Position numbers and translations under genes: made by a program. Of a DNA stretch of 58,402 nucleotides, positions 44,194-53,368 are shown one piece after another (position 1 is the first letter of the stretch; the number at the start of each line of letters is the position of its first letter). This DNA comes from a virus. Taxonomy: Duplodnaviria > Caudoviricetes. The stretch lies in the IMG/VR virus record IMGVR_UViG_3300035701_000037, positions 1 through 58,402 of that record; one strand, given 5' to 3'. Under the pieces are notes generated by a model. It was not told where the DNA came from. It ran no database searches and was given only the letters and a program-made list of their open reading frames with translations.

Positions 44194-47100
44194 GTGACTG
44201 TCGGCGAAGTGAAAGCGATCCTCTCAGCGGACCTGACGAAGTTCCGGGCGGGGCTCCTGCAGGCCAACTCGCTGCTCGACCAGGCCGGGGCATCGGCCAT
44301 GAAGGCGAGCGCGATGCTGGCCGGGTTCGGAGCGGCTGTGGCCGGCGGGATGGGCATGGCGGTCAGAGAGAGTATCGAGATACAAGCAGCGCTGGCGGAT
44401 CTCAACAAGGTCCTGAAGCTGAGCGATGACGCCCTCGAGGAACTAGCCAAGCGGTTAGATGTCCTGGGGATGGCCACAGGGATCGCGGATGAAGCCCTCG
44501 CTGAAGCCCTCGCCAACATCGGCAAGGCGGGACTGGCGGGAGCAGAGGGCATGCAGGTCCTGGAGGCCGCCACAAGGGCGGCCGTCGCAGGGCGGGCAGA
44601 CATCAAGTTAGCAGGCGATGCCCTGGTCTCGATCATCCGCGCTTACAACCTCCATGGTTCGGAGGCGGCAAAGGTCACTGATGCCCTTTACCAGGCCAGT
44701 ATCAAAGGCCGCATGAGTCTGGAAGCCGTCTCAGAGGCAGTCAAGGGAATGGCGCCGATCGCTTCTCAGCTGGGGGTCAGCTACGTGGACCTTGCGGCTG
44801 CGCTGGCGACGACTACGACCGTCGGTTACGATGCTGAGAACAGCATCATGGGCCTTTCGCGGGCGATGATCAACCTGACGAACCCTGGCAAGCAACTCCA
44901 GGCCGCGTTGAAGGCGGCGGGGTATGAAACGGGCCAGGCCCTGATCCAGGCGAAGGGCTTTACCGGCGCGATCCAGTTCCTGACCGAAGCAGCGGGCGAT
45001 GACGAGCAGGCGATGATCCAGATGGCCGGAGGGGCGCGGGCCTACAAGGCCGTCGTAGCCCTGGCGGCGGATGGGGGCAGGCTTTTCGCCCAGAAACTCG
45101 CTGAGATCGCGGACTCGGCGGGAGCCGTAGATACGGCATTCGGCATGATGGAAAAAACCTTCAGCTTTCAGTGGTCCCGCTTCGTCCGGGCAATGAAAGA
45201 GGCCGGCGAGGCAGTCGGCAATGTGTTGCTGCCGGGCCTGACACTTCTGGCCCGGATCCTGGCCGCTCTCGTAGGAACGGTCCAGTTGATGCCGGGGCCA
45301 TTGAGAACGGTGGTGGTAGGGGCGGTCTCTTTGGCCGCAGCCATCGCCGCCCTCGCAGGATCGTTCATCCTCTTCAAGTTGCACCTGGCGGAGACGATCG
45401 TGCTCACGGGCAGACTGGTCATATCCCTGGCGAGTGCGGTTGTCGCTGCGATCGCCGGTTCGGCCACCTTGCAAGCGGCGCTGGCTGGCTTGCGCGCGGC
45501 ATTGATCGCGACGCGCGTAGCAATCGAATTCTTCTTCATCTCGACTGGTCCGATCGGATGGACTCTCGCTCTTCTGGCGGCGGTCGGGGCCGTGGTGGCC
45601 GCCCTGGTCCTCTGGTACAAGCACCAGGCGAACCTGAACAGACAGGCCGAGGAAACCCATCGGCTTACCCAGCAGCAGGCCGAGGATCTGGCAAACCTGC
45701 TCGATCACCTGCAGAAACTTCAGGTGGCACGGCTGAAGGAACAGGCCGCGGGGAAACCGGCGAACCTCGCTGCACTGAAAGATGAGGCCGACACCCAGGA
45801 TAAGATCGCCGATCTTTACCCGAAACTGATCGACTATGTGGACAAGTATGGCCATGCCCACCTCATCGCCGCCAAGAGTCTGGAGACCTTGACCGAAGTC
45901 CAGAAGAAGAACCGCCAGGCGGCAATAGCAAGCGCCGCCGCCCAAGTTGCGGAGGCGGCGCAGAGGCGGTCCGACCTGGCCGACCAACTGGCAGCGGCAA
46001 TAAAGATGAGGGAAAGATTCGAGGCGCTCCCGCCCAGCAAGCAAGCCTTCATACTCTCCGAAGTACCCGGAATGCGCGGCAAATCTGCGGCGCAGGTCAT
46101 TGAGGAGATGCAGAGCAAGGAGAAGGACCTCCGCGCCCAGGTCCGGGCGGCCAATGCTGAGTACGAAGAGCGTCAGAAGGTGCTCCACCAGGTTGGCATG
46201 ACGCAGGAGCGGATCGCCAGGGAGCAGGCAGCGGCGGATGCAAAAGGCCGCGCAGAGGCGCATCGCGGCCTTGTCCAACGTCTGGCCGCCATTGACCAGG
46301 AGGCCGCAGCGCTGAGGCGGCTGGGGGTGACGGCGGATGATATCAACCGATGGGTTGCCGTTCGGCGTCTCGAGGCTTACAAGAAATCCAGCGATGAGAT
46401 CCTGAAACTGCAGGCCCAGGTCCTCGAGGCCGAGGGCAAGAAGCACGCGGCGCGACTGGTCCAGATAGAGATCGAGTCCAACGAGCTACTCGAGAAGGCG
46501 AAGACCGCCAAGGTGCCCGAGCCCGAACGCAAGGGACTGGTCCGGCGCTTCATCGCCGGCGAGTTGAAGACGGCCGCCAAGGAAGCGGCCGATGCTGCCC
46601 GCGAGAAGACCAAGGCCGCACTTGAGGCCGAAGGCCAGCTGGCCGAAGTTCTCAAGCAGTATGAGAACGACGTCGCCGGCGTGCGCGCTTATGTCCACAA
46701 TGTTCGCATGCGGCAGATCCGCGCCGAGGCGGACGAGATAAAGCGGCAGATGGTCGAAGCGCAGATGCCGGCCGCCCGGGCGGAGATCGCTGCGCGGGAA
46801 TATGTTACCGCAAAATCCATCGAGCTCGCGAAGGAAGAAGCGGACGCGAGGGCGGCGATATTCGAGAAGTCGGCGCCCCTGATCGTGAGCAGGTGGCAGG
46901 CTGCTGCCTCGGCCATGTACGAGGCTGGCACCATGAAGGCCAGCGAGTACCTGGCCAGCCTCGCCCGGCAACTTGATCTAATCCATCAAATCAACCTGGC
47001 CCAAGCCGCTGCGGGGAGGCCGGCGCTCCTGAGGGACGAGGAGATGCGGCTCGCCCAGACGATCTTCTCCGAGCGCAAGCGCATGTTGTCGGAACTCGAG

Positions 47101-47820
47101 AGCGCCGAGAAGCGCCTGGCCGATGAACGCAAGCGGTGGAGCCAGGAAGAGCTCGAGCAGCGCCGCCGGGTGCACGAGGCCGAACTCTCAATGATATCCC
47201 TGAGCTTCGAGCACCAGCGGGATCTGTTGAAGGCTCGGGGCATTGAGGACCAGGCCGCTACGGCGCGGATCGCCAGCGATGAGCTGGCCGCCCTGCAACT
47301 GCGCCGGCAGACGGAGATGCTGACCGGGCAGGAGCGGCTCGAATCGCTCCAGCGGGAGCGCGACCTGGTGATGCAGATGGCCGAGGCGCAGATGGCGCCC
47401 GCAGGCGGCGCCCGTGGCGCGCTCGAGGCGATCTACACGGAGATGGTGTCGGCCCGGCAGCAGATGGCCCTGGAGGACAAGCGGGCATTCGAGGAGCGCA
47501 GGCGCGAGGCCAACGAGGCGGTCACCAAGATCGAGACCGAGCAGACCACACTGCGCAGCCAGATCGCGCTGACAGCGACCAACATCGCAGACGCAGCCAG
47601 GCGCGTGTTCGAAGGCATCCGGAATCAACTCGAGATGCTCGGCACCGTGAGGATCGTCCCCACCGTGCAGATGGCCGCCGTCGGCGGCCGCGCGGTTCCC
47701 ACGCGGGTGAACAACTTCTACATCAGTGGCCAGCGAGTGGGGGCCGGCGTTGACATAGATAAGATCGCCGATCAACTGGCCGCCATGCTCGAGCGGGAGC
47801 ACCAATTTGCGAGGGACTGA
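44194..47820 (+). CDS. tape measure protein (TP901-type core)
   Basis: 1208 aa, helical and Ala-rich; central hydrophobic segments; position. Confidence 0.92.
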   Translation: MTVGEVKAILSADLTKFRAGLLQANSLLDQAGASAMKASAMLAGFGAAVAGGMGMAVRESIEIQAALADLNKVLKLSDDALEELAKRLDVLGMATGIADEALAEALANIGKAGLAGAEGMQVLEAATRAAVAGRADIKLAGDALVSIIRAYNLHGSEAAKVTDALYQASIKGRMSLEAVSEAVKGMAPIASQLGVSYVDLAAALATTTTVGYDAENSIMGLSRAMINLTNPGKQLQAALKAAGYETGQALIQAKGFTGAIQFLTEAAGDDEQAMIQMAGGARAYKAVVALAADGGRLFAQKLAEIADSAGAVDTAFGMMEKTFSFQWSRFVRAMKEAGEAVGNVLLPGLTLLARILAALVGTVQLMPGPLRTVVVGAVSLAAAIAALAGSFILFKLHLAETIVLTGRLVISLASAVVAAIAGSATLQAALAGLRAALIATRVAIEFFFISTGPIGWTLALLAAVGAVVAALVLWYKHQANLNRQAEETHRLTQQQAEDLANLLDHLQKLQVARLKEQAAGKPANLAALKDEADTQDKIADLYPKLIDYVDKYGHAHLIAAKSLETLTEVQKKNRQAAIASAAAQVAEAAQRRSDLADQLAAAIKMRERFEALPPSKQAFILSEVPGMRGKSAAQVIEEMQSKEKDLRAQVRAANAEYEERQKVLHQVGMTQERIAREQAAADAKGRAEAHRGLVQRLAAIDQEAAALRRLGVTADDINRWVAVRRLEAYKKSSDEILKLQAQVLEAEGKKHAARLVQIEIESNELLEKAKTAKVPEPERKGLVRRFIAGELKTAAKEAADAAREKTKAALEAEGQLAEVLKQYENDVAGVRAYVHNVRMRQIRAEADEIKRQMVEAQMPAARAEIAAREYVTAKSIELAKEEADARAAIFEKSAPLIVSRWQAAASAMYEAGTMKASEYLASLARQLDLIHQINLAQAAAGRPALLRDEEMRLAQTIFSERKRMLSELESAEKRLADERKRWSQEELEQRRRVHEAELSMISLSFEHQRDLLKARGIEDQAATARIASDELAALQLRRQTEMLTGQERLESLQRERDLVMQMAEAQMAPAGGARGALEAIYTEMVSARQQMALEDKRAFEERRREANEAVTKIETEQTTLRSQIALTATNIADAARRVFEGIRNQLEMLGTVRIVPTVQMAAVGGRAVPTRVNNFYISGQRVGAGVDIDKIADQLAAMLEREHQFARD

Positions 47821-47821
47821 T

Positions 47822-48676
47822 CTACGGCTTAGCCTGGGCTTTGAACTCAGCAGCGAGGGCAGCATTGGCGAGGCCGATGTAACCTTCGAGGAGATACATC
47901 GGCTCCTGCGAGGCGAGCAGTGCCTCCCATTGCTCCCCGAGGTTCCCATGGACTTGGGCGCGATGAAGCAACCGGGCATGGACGGTGCTGAGGTCCATTG
48001 CCCTGGCTATGCAGTTGCGGCTTGGCGGTTTCCAGTCGAACCCCTGGTAGCGCAGAAAACCATCGACGAACCTTCGGGTGGCAAGCAATCCCGAGAGGAA
48101 ATGATAGTTGTCACCACTGGCCAGCCTGTAGAGATCACCGAGGACATCGAGTGCGGCACGGGCGTGAAGAATGTATGCCTGCTGTGCATAGATCTCAGCG
48201 CCAGTTTTGGGCCGCGGGAACCGGGTCATTACCTTGAATGGGAATCCCGCCTGGCGCAGGAGATCCTTGGCCCTTTCGATGGAATGCCCGCATTTCGCGA
48301 CCTCGACAGCGGGATCAAGGGGCTCAGACAAAGCCTCCTTGTCGCAGATTTGAGCCGTGGCGCCGATGGCTTCCTCGGCGGCCAATGCAGCATCTGCCAG
48401 CAACTTGTAGCGGGGAGCCTTGGTGCGGTCGTAATCTGCGTTCGCCTGCTGCGCGACAGCGGCCGCACTGCTGGCAAGCGACCGCAGGATAATCGAATTC
48501 GCGGGATCGATTCGCAGACAGACCCAATAGTCATCGAGGGTCTGCCGCAGTCCTGCAGCGATCCGCCTCGCCTCGGGGCCGGGGACGCCATATGGTTTCG
48601 GGACCGCTGCGCCGGCTGCAAACGTGAGGCCGAGAATGGACCATACCCCAAGGCAGAGTCTAGGGAACCTGTGCAT
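47822..48676 (-). CDS. secreted hypothetical protein (moron)
   Basis: RBS ggagggagg; signal peptide MHRFPRLCLGVWSILGLTFAAGA; inverted in the tail operon. Confidence 0.65.
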   Translation of the reverse strand: MHRFPRLCLGVWSILGLTFAAGAAVPKPYGVPGPEARRIAAGLRQTLDDYWVCLRIDPANSIILRSLASSAAAVAQQANADYDRTKAPRYKLLADAALAAEEAIGATAQICDKEALSEPLDPAVEVAKCGHSIERAKDLLRQAGFPFKVMTRFPRPKTGAEIYAQQAYILHARAALDVLGDLYRLASGDNYHFLSGLLATRRFVDGFLRYQGFDWKPPSRNCIARAMDLSTVHARLLHRAQVHGNLGEQWEALLASQEPMYLLEGYIGLANAALAAEFKAQAKP

Positions 48677-48770
48677 CGGGATCCTCCCTCCTGTAGCGCC
48701 CCTGGCAGCAATATTCATGCCAGGCCGGGCTTCCAGAGCATTTATGCCATGAATTGAGGCGTGAACGTAG

Positions 48771-49148
48771 ATGGCCAGCACCTGCTATTTGAGCCTGCCG
48801 GACGACAGCGCGAAGATCTACCTCGACGAGGACCCCGAGACCTACGACGACGGGCCGGCCGAGCGCCGGATGTCCTCGCAGGAGACCATGGGCGGCGGGC
48901 GGGTCTGGCAGGATTTCGGCGTCCAGGACCTTGACCGCACGATCCGCCTAAAGACGGGTTGGATGACGCAGGCAACCCTTGATGCGTTCAAGACGAAACT
49001 GGCTGTACTCGCGCAGGTCTGGAAGTGGGCCGATCACAAGGGACGGTCCTACCTCGTCGTCTTCCGGACCATCAACCCCGAGCGGATCCGCGGATACGAG
49101 GCCTACCGGGTCGAGATCAATTTTGACGTGCTGCAGGCGCTCTCATGA
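48771..49148 (+). CDS. distal-tail-like protein
   Basis: First + strand gene after tape measure; TMGGGRVWQDFG. Confidence 0.6.
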   Translation: MASTCYLSLPDDSAKIYLDEDPETYDDGPAERRMSSQETMGGGRVWQDFGVQDLDRTIRLKTGWMTQATLDAFKTKLAVLAQVWKWADHKGRSYLVVFRTINPERIRGYEAYRVEINFDVLQALS

Positions 49149-49594
49149 AAACCCAGAGGCTGCTAACCGACGGCCAGAATGGCCGGGAATGGAGGCGACT
49201 CTTCGCCCTGTGGGCCAGGCGCGCGCTGCTGCGCGCGGGCTGGAGGATCTCGATCGTGGGGGACCCGCACCTGGATGCGATGGCAGAGTACAGCACGGTC
49301 GTGCCCCGGCGCGAGGTGGTCTTCAAATTCAGGACGGACGTAAAGGCAGACTCGCTGACGGCGGCTCACGAGATCGGCCATGTAATGGTGGCGCCGATCC
49401 AACACTCGGCAGACCATGTTATCGAGGACCTCCCCGAGGCGCAGAAGTCCCTGGCCCGCAAATGCATCAGGGACGCGATCGAGGAGGCGGCCGAGAACAT
49501 CGCCCTGGCACTGGCAGAGGCTTATCGGGAGCTGGATGCGGACAGGCGGGGAGGCAAACGGAATGGCAAAAGGCCGAAGGCAGCCAGGCGCTAG
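49145..49594 (+). CDS. HExxH zincin-like protein
   Basis: TAAHEIGH with downstream EE. Confidence 0.55.
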   Translation: MKTQRLLTDGQNGREWRRLFALWARRALLRAGWRISIVGDPHLDAMAEYSTVVPRREVVFKFRTDVKADSLTAAHEIGHVMVAPIQHSADHVIEDLPEAQKSLARKCIRDAIEEAAENIALALAEAYRELDADRRGGKRNGKRPKAARR

Positions 49595-49860
49595 AGAGGG
49601 CCGGACTGGGCGCACGTGGGCAGGCGTGCAGCGGACGGCTCCCTGGGCGACCTATGTTCGGCCGGGGCTGGAACGTCGCAACACGGGGCATCCTGGTGCA
49701 AAGTTTTCGGGCGGGTCCGCGCATTGTCCGCGCATTGGGGCGCAAACCGGCGATTTCGGGGATTCCGGGCCAGGCCGGCCGAGAAGATCGCAGTGGCGCT
49801 CGTCGAGGCTTACAAGCAGGCGCAGGCATGATGAACCGCGCGCGGCCGATACGCGCGCTC

Positions 49861-49965
49861 ACAACTGAATAGACCGCCCAAGAGACCGGGGTGGCCACCC
49901 CGGGGCCAGAGGGCCGAGCCCGACAGACTCACGTGAGGGGTCTGCCGGGCTTTTCTTTTGGGCGG
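49861..49965 (+). ncRNA. cis-regulatory leader 3 (ACAACUGAAUA plus terminator)
   Basis: agcccgacagac/gtctgccgggct-TTTCTTTT; outer stem ccgcccaagaga/tcttttgggcgg. Confidence 0.55.
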
Positions 49966-49990
49966 CGAGGCGGGCAGGGAGGTAGAGAAA

Positions 49991-50701
49991 ATGTCAAAAC
50001 AGGTCGTCCGATACGAAAGTGATGGCGTGACGCCGGCGCAGGAATCATACGACGAGGGGTCTGTCCTCGACGGCGCCGCGACCACGGCCCGCCGCATCTG
50101 GTGGAAGAACACATCAACGGCCGGCGAGATACTGCAGAATTGCCGGTTCCGCCGGGTGCAATTCAGCAGCAATGATGGGCTGAACTACCTGCAGATCGCC
50201 CCGGATGTGCCGATCGCGGCCCCGGGCGCGCCAGGTCTCGGCCTCGCGGGAGGCTTCGAGCTCGAGGTGGGGACCTACAAGTACGCGGTGACCTTCTACA
50301 GGGCCAATGGGGAGACGGATGCGGGCGTCGAGGCCGAGATCGTCACTGCCACTGCAAACCAACGGGTCGCGCTGTCGGCGATCCCGACGGGGCCCAGCGG
50401 AACCCTCGGGCGCAGGATATGGCGCACCGCCGTTGGGGGCACCCAGAAGAAACTCGTGGCCGCGATCGCCGACAATACGACGACCACCTATCTGGACCAG
50501 GTGCCGGACGCGAGCCTCGGAGCGAACTCGCCATCGCTCAACACATCGGGGTCGCCCGGCACGTGGCGGACGGCCAATATCACCGTGGGCGACATGGCCG
50601 TCGGCGATTATGCGGCCGCCTGGATGCGATACAACGTCCCCGCCGGCACGACGCAGGTGGGGAATCCACGCAAGGCATACACCCAACTCGAGGAGACCTA
50701 A
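49991..50701 (+). CDS. tail structural protein
   Basis: GTYKYAVTF...GET...IPTGPSGTLGRRIWRT...TTYLD domain. Confidence 0.7.
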   Translation: MSKQVVRYESDGVTPAQESYDEGSVLDGAATTARRIWWKNTSTAGEILQNCRFRRVQFSSNDGLNYLQIAPDVPIAAPGAPGLGLAGGFELEVGTYKYAVTFYRANGETDAGVEAEIVTATANQRVALSAIPTGPSGTLGRRIWRTAVGGTQKKLVAAIADNTTTTYLDQVPDASLGANSPSLNTSGSPGTWRTANITVGDMAVGDYAAAWMRYNVPAGTTQVGNPRKAYTQLEET

Positions 50702-50711
50702 GGAGGACGCG

Positions 50712-51248
50712 ATGCAAGACAGGGATGGAATGCAGTGGCGGTGCGTGACCACGCTGCGGAAATTCTCGGGCGACATTGATACCTACCGCGCGATGTTCGG
50801 CAGGGCCCAGGGGGAGGCGATCTTCGACCGCCAGGAGATGCCCTATGAATCGCGGGTCATCGAGGGCAACTTGCTCCTGCGAGAAGGGGTCAAGGCCATC
50901 TTGGACCTGCTGGTCGGCAATACCGAGACGACTTACAGCCACGCCAATGCACGGATCGGAGTCGGCAACGGGGATACCCCGGCGGCGGCCGATACTCAGA
51001 CCGCCCTGCAGGGTGGCAGCACTGCCTTCAAAGCGATGGATGAAACCTATCCCATCGTGGGCGCCCTGGCCGACAAGAAAGTCACATTCCGTGCATCCTT
51101 CGGGGCGAGCGAAGCCAACTTCGCCTGGGAGGAGTGGACGGTTGACAATGGCGACTCTGCCAACAAGAACCTCAACCGTAAGGTCGAGTCCCTGGGGGTT
51201 AAGAGTGGCGGTACTTGGCAGCTGAGCCTGGACGTATCACTCGCTTAG
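50712..51248 (+). CDS. tail/baseplate-associated protein
   Basis: NLLLREG, IGVGNG, FRASFGASEANFAWEEW; RBS aggagg. Confidence 0.7.
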   Translation: MQDRDGMQWRCVTTLRKFSGDIDTYRAMFGRAQGEAIFDRQEMPYESRVIEGNLLLREGVKAILDLLVGNTETTYSHANARIGVGNGDTPAAADTQTALQGGSTAFKAMDETYPIVGALADKKVTFRASFGASEANFAWEEWTVDNGDSANKNLNRKVESLGVKSGGTWQLSLDVSLA

Positions 51249-51902
51249 ACGGGGGCGTCCATGACCTTTGGGATTGGGTTTGCGTTGCGCCTCTCGGGCA
51301 CATTGCCGGCAACGGGATTGGTGCGGGTCTGCTGTATACCGGCGCTCCTTGGAGAGGCGGAATTCGCTTCTGGGCTTGATGGCTCGGCACCGCGAGCACT
51401 GCTTGTCGGTTTCTGTGCGATAGGTGGCGTGAATGCGGCGATGATCCCCTGTGGATTTGAGCACCACGAGGTTGGAGATGTCGTTGTTCGAGCGATTGCC
51501 GTCCTTGTGGTGGACCTCTTCACCCGGCTCCAGAAGGCGGCCGAGGCGCTGCTCCATGACAAGTCGATGCTCGACGACGTAACCGCAGACATTGGCAGGG
51601 TGATCGGGCATGCGAATCCGGATATATCCGGCGTTGCTCGCGACGCGGCCACCTTTCCAGTTCCCGTGATTGGCTCCGCGGTGGGCAAGGCCCACGCATT
51701 TATTCGAACAGAAGCACTGCGACTTCTCGCCCGGCTTGAAGGTGGTCCCACACACAGCGCATTTCCTCATTTCGCCTTTCCATCTCGGATGGCCGGGTCC
51801 ACGCTGGCCGACGTGCATGCAGGCGCGCGAGCAGTAGGTCTGATGCCAGCTTGGATAGGCACTAAACTGCTTCTTGCAGACCGGGCACTTGGATTTGACC
51901 AC
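51237..51902 (-). CDS. HNH homing endonuclease with Zn-finger modules
   Basis: HGNWKGG, GYVVEHRLVMEQRLGR.L...EEVHHKDGNRSNNDISNL...H..H. Confidence 0.92.
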   Translation of the reverse strand: MVKSKCPVCKKQFSAYPSWHQTYCSRACMHVGQRGPGHPRWKGEMRKCAVCGTTFKPGEKSQCFCSNKCVGLAHRGANHGNWKGGRVASNAGYIRIRMPDHPANVCGYVVEHRLVMEQRLGRLLEPGEEVHHKDGNRSNNDISNLVVLKSTGDHRRIHATYRTETDKQCSRCRAIKPRSEFRLSKERRYTADPHQSRCRQCAREAQRKPNPKGHGRPRLSE

Positions 51903-51908
51903 GGAGCT

Positions 51909-51937
51909 ACTCTACGATTGGCGTAGGCACATGTCAA
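51909..51937 (-). promoter_or_regulatory. sigma70-type promoter, leaderless, for the HNH gene
   Basis: Minus strand reads TTGACA-17 bp-TAGAGT-6 nt-GTG(51902). Confidence 0.75.
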
Positions 51938-51947
51938 GGGGTCTCTG

Positions 51948-53360
51948 ATGCAGATTGCGGTCGGTACCTATACCGGCGACGGGACGGATAACCGACAGAT
52001 CACCGGGATCGGATTCCTGCCGGACCTGGTGATCGTGCGCGCGCGCGACTCCGGCCAATACGCCGTCTTTCGCACATCAACCATGGCGGCCGACAAGACG
52101 GCCTACTTTGCCCAGGCGGCCGCACTTTTTGCGAATGCGATCCAGTCGCTGGACTCCGACGGGTTCACGGTTGGCACGCACGCGACCGTCAACAGTAACG
52201 GCGTCACCTACGATTGGCAGGCATTCGCCGACAACGGCGCGCCTGATTTCAAGGTCGGGACCTTCAGTGGCGACGGGACGGACAGCCGCAACATCACCGG
52301 GCTCGGATTCGATCCGGACTTCGTGACGATCAAGCGCGACGGCCTGTGGTATGCATTCTGGCGCACCTCGAGCAACTCGGGCGACCAGGCGTTGTGCTTC
52401 ATTAATGACGCCGACCAGTCCAACAACATCCAGGGCTTCGTGAGCGACGGCTTTCAGGTGGGCACCAGCCAGAATATGGCCGGTTCGGTCTACCACTGGT
52501 TCGCGTTCAAGGCGGTCGCGTCGGCGACCGCCTACGGCTCCTACGCGGGCAACAACGCCGACGACCGCAGCATCAGCGGAGTCGGCTTCGAGCCCGACCT
52601 CGTCTGGGTAAAGGGCACGAGCTCGCTGGACAAGGCCGGCCTGCGCCCCTCGAGCATCACCACCGACCTGACCGAGTTCTTCACCAGCGCGGCGGCGGCC
52701 ACGAATCACGTGCAGGCACTCGAGTCGGACGGATTCCAGGTGGGCGCGACGCAGAACATCACCGGCCGCACCTACCGCTGGTTCGCCTGGAAGTCCGGGG
52801 CCACGAGCACGTTCAAGGCGGCTAGCGACGCCGGGTCGGCCGCCGATGCGGCTGAAATGGCTCTGGCGCTGGGCGGCAGCGACTCGGGCGCCGCAACCGA
52901 GGCGGCCGCCTACCAGGACGCGCCCCACTCGATTGACGAGGCCTTCGGCGATGATTCAGTCGCGGATCGGGCCTTCGGCGCGACAGAAGGCGCCACAGGG
53001 GCAGAATCCGGGGCCGTGGTGGGACTGCAGGGCGCGGACGAGGCGGTCACGGGCACCGATCTGGCCGCCGTGGGGCATGCCCGGGCGGACTCGGCGTCCG
53101 CGACCGATACCGCATCCATCTTTCCCCAGACCGCAGCGCAGCTGCTCGAGGTGGACATCGCCAACCGGGCAGTCAGCCAGGTCCGGCTCGATGTGGATGT
53201 TTTCTACGAACACATTGCATCGGCAGTTATGCTGCAGGTCGAGATCTCGCCGCTGGTGGCGACGGGTATCCTGCTGCTGGCAAGAGTCATAAATCAGAGC
53301 CTACAGACCGGATCGGAAGGGGATGTCCTGGCGCCGACCCAGGAGATCGCTTTCCTCTAG
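51948..53360 (+). CDS. tail fibre/receptor-binding protein with three ~95-aa repeats
   Basis: G.Y/F.G.....R.I.G.GF.PD.V three times. Confidence 0.75.
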   Translation: MQIAVGTYTGDGTDNRQITGIGFLPDLVIVRARDSGQYAVFRTSTMAADKTAYFAQAAALFANAIQSLDSDGFTVGTHATVNSNGVTYDWQAFADNGAPDFKVGTFSGDGTDSRNITGLGFDPDFVTIKRDGLWYAFWRTSSNSGDQALCFINDADQSNNIQGFVSDGFQVGTSQNMAGSVYHWFAFKAVASATAYGSYAGNNADDRSISGVGFEPDLVWVKGTSSLDKAGLRPSSITTDLTEFFTSAAAATNHVQALESDGFQVGATQNITGRTYRWFAWKSGATSTFKAASDAGSAADAAEMALALGGSDSGAATEAAAYQDAPHSIDEAFGDDSVADRAFGATEGATGAESGAVVGLQGADEAVTGTDLAAVGHARADSASATDTASIFPQTAAQLLEVDIANRAVSQVRLDVDVFYEHIASAVMLQVEISPLVATGILLLARVINQSLQTGSEGDVLAPTQEIAFL

Positions 53361-53368
53361 GGTGACCG

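Noticed and set aside
44731-46446. Long minus-strand ORFs (also 55639-57177, 29994-30935, 37733-38683, 33001-34200) as genes
   Set aside because: Shadows of GC-rich + strand genes, with no domain motifs or expression signals, unlike 34435-35196
47807-48757. + strand 316-aa ORF as the real gene
   Set aside because: TTG start without a clear RBS and unnatural composition; the minus ORF has an RBS and a signal peptide
50712-53360. Amber recoding or readthrough fusing three in-frame ORFs
   Set aside because: TAG ends many genes here at sensible boundaries, no suppressor tRNA is seen, and shared frame has about a 1-in-9 chance
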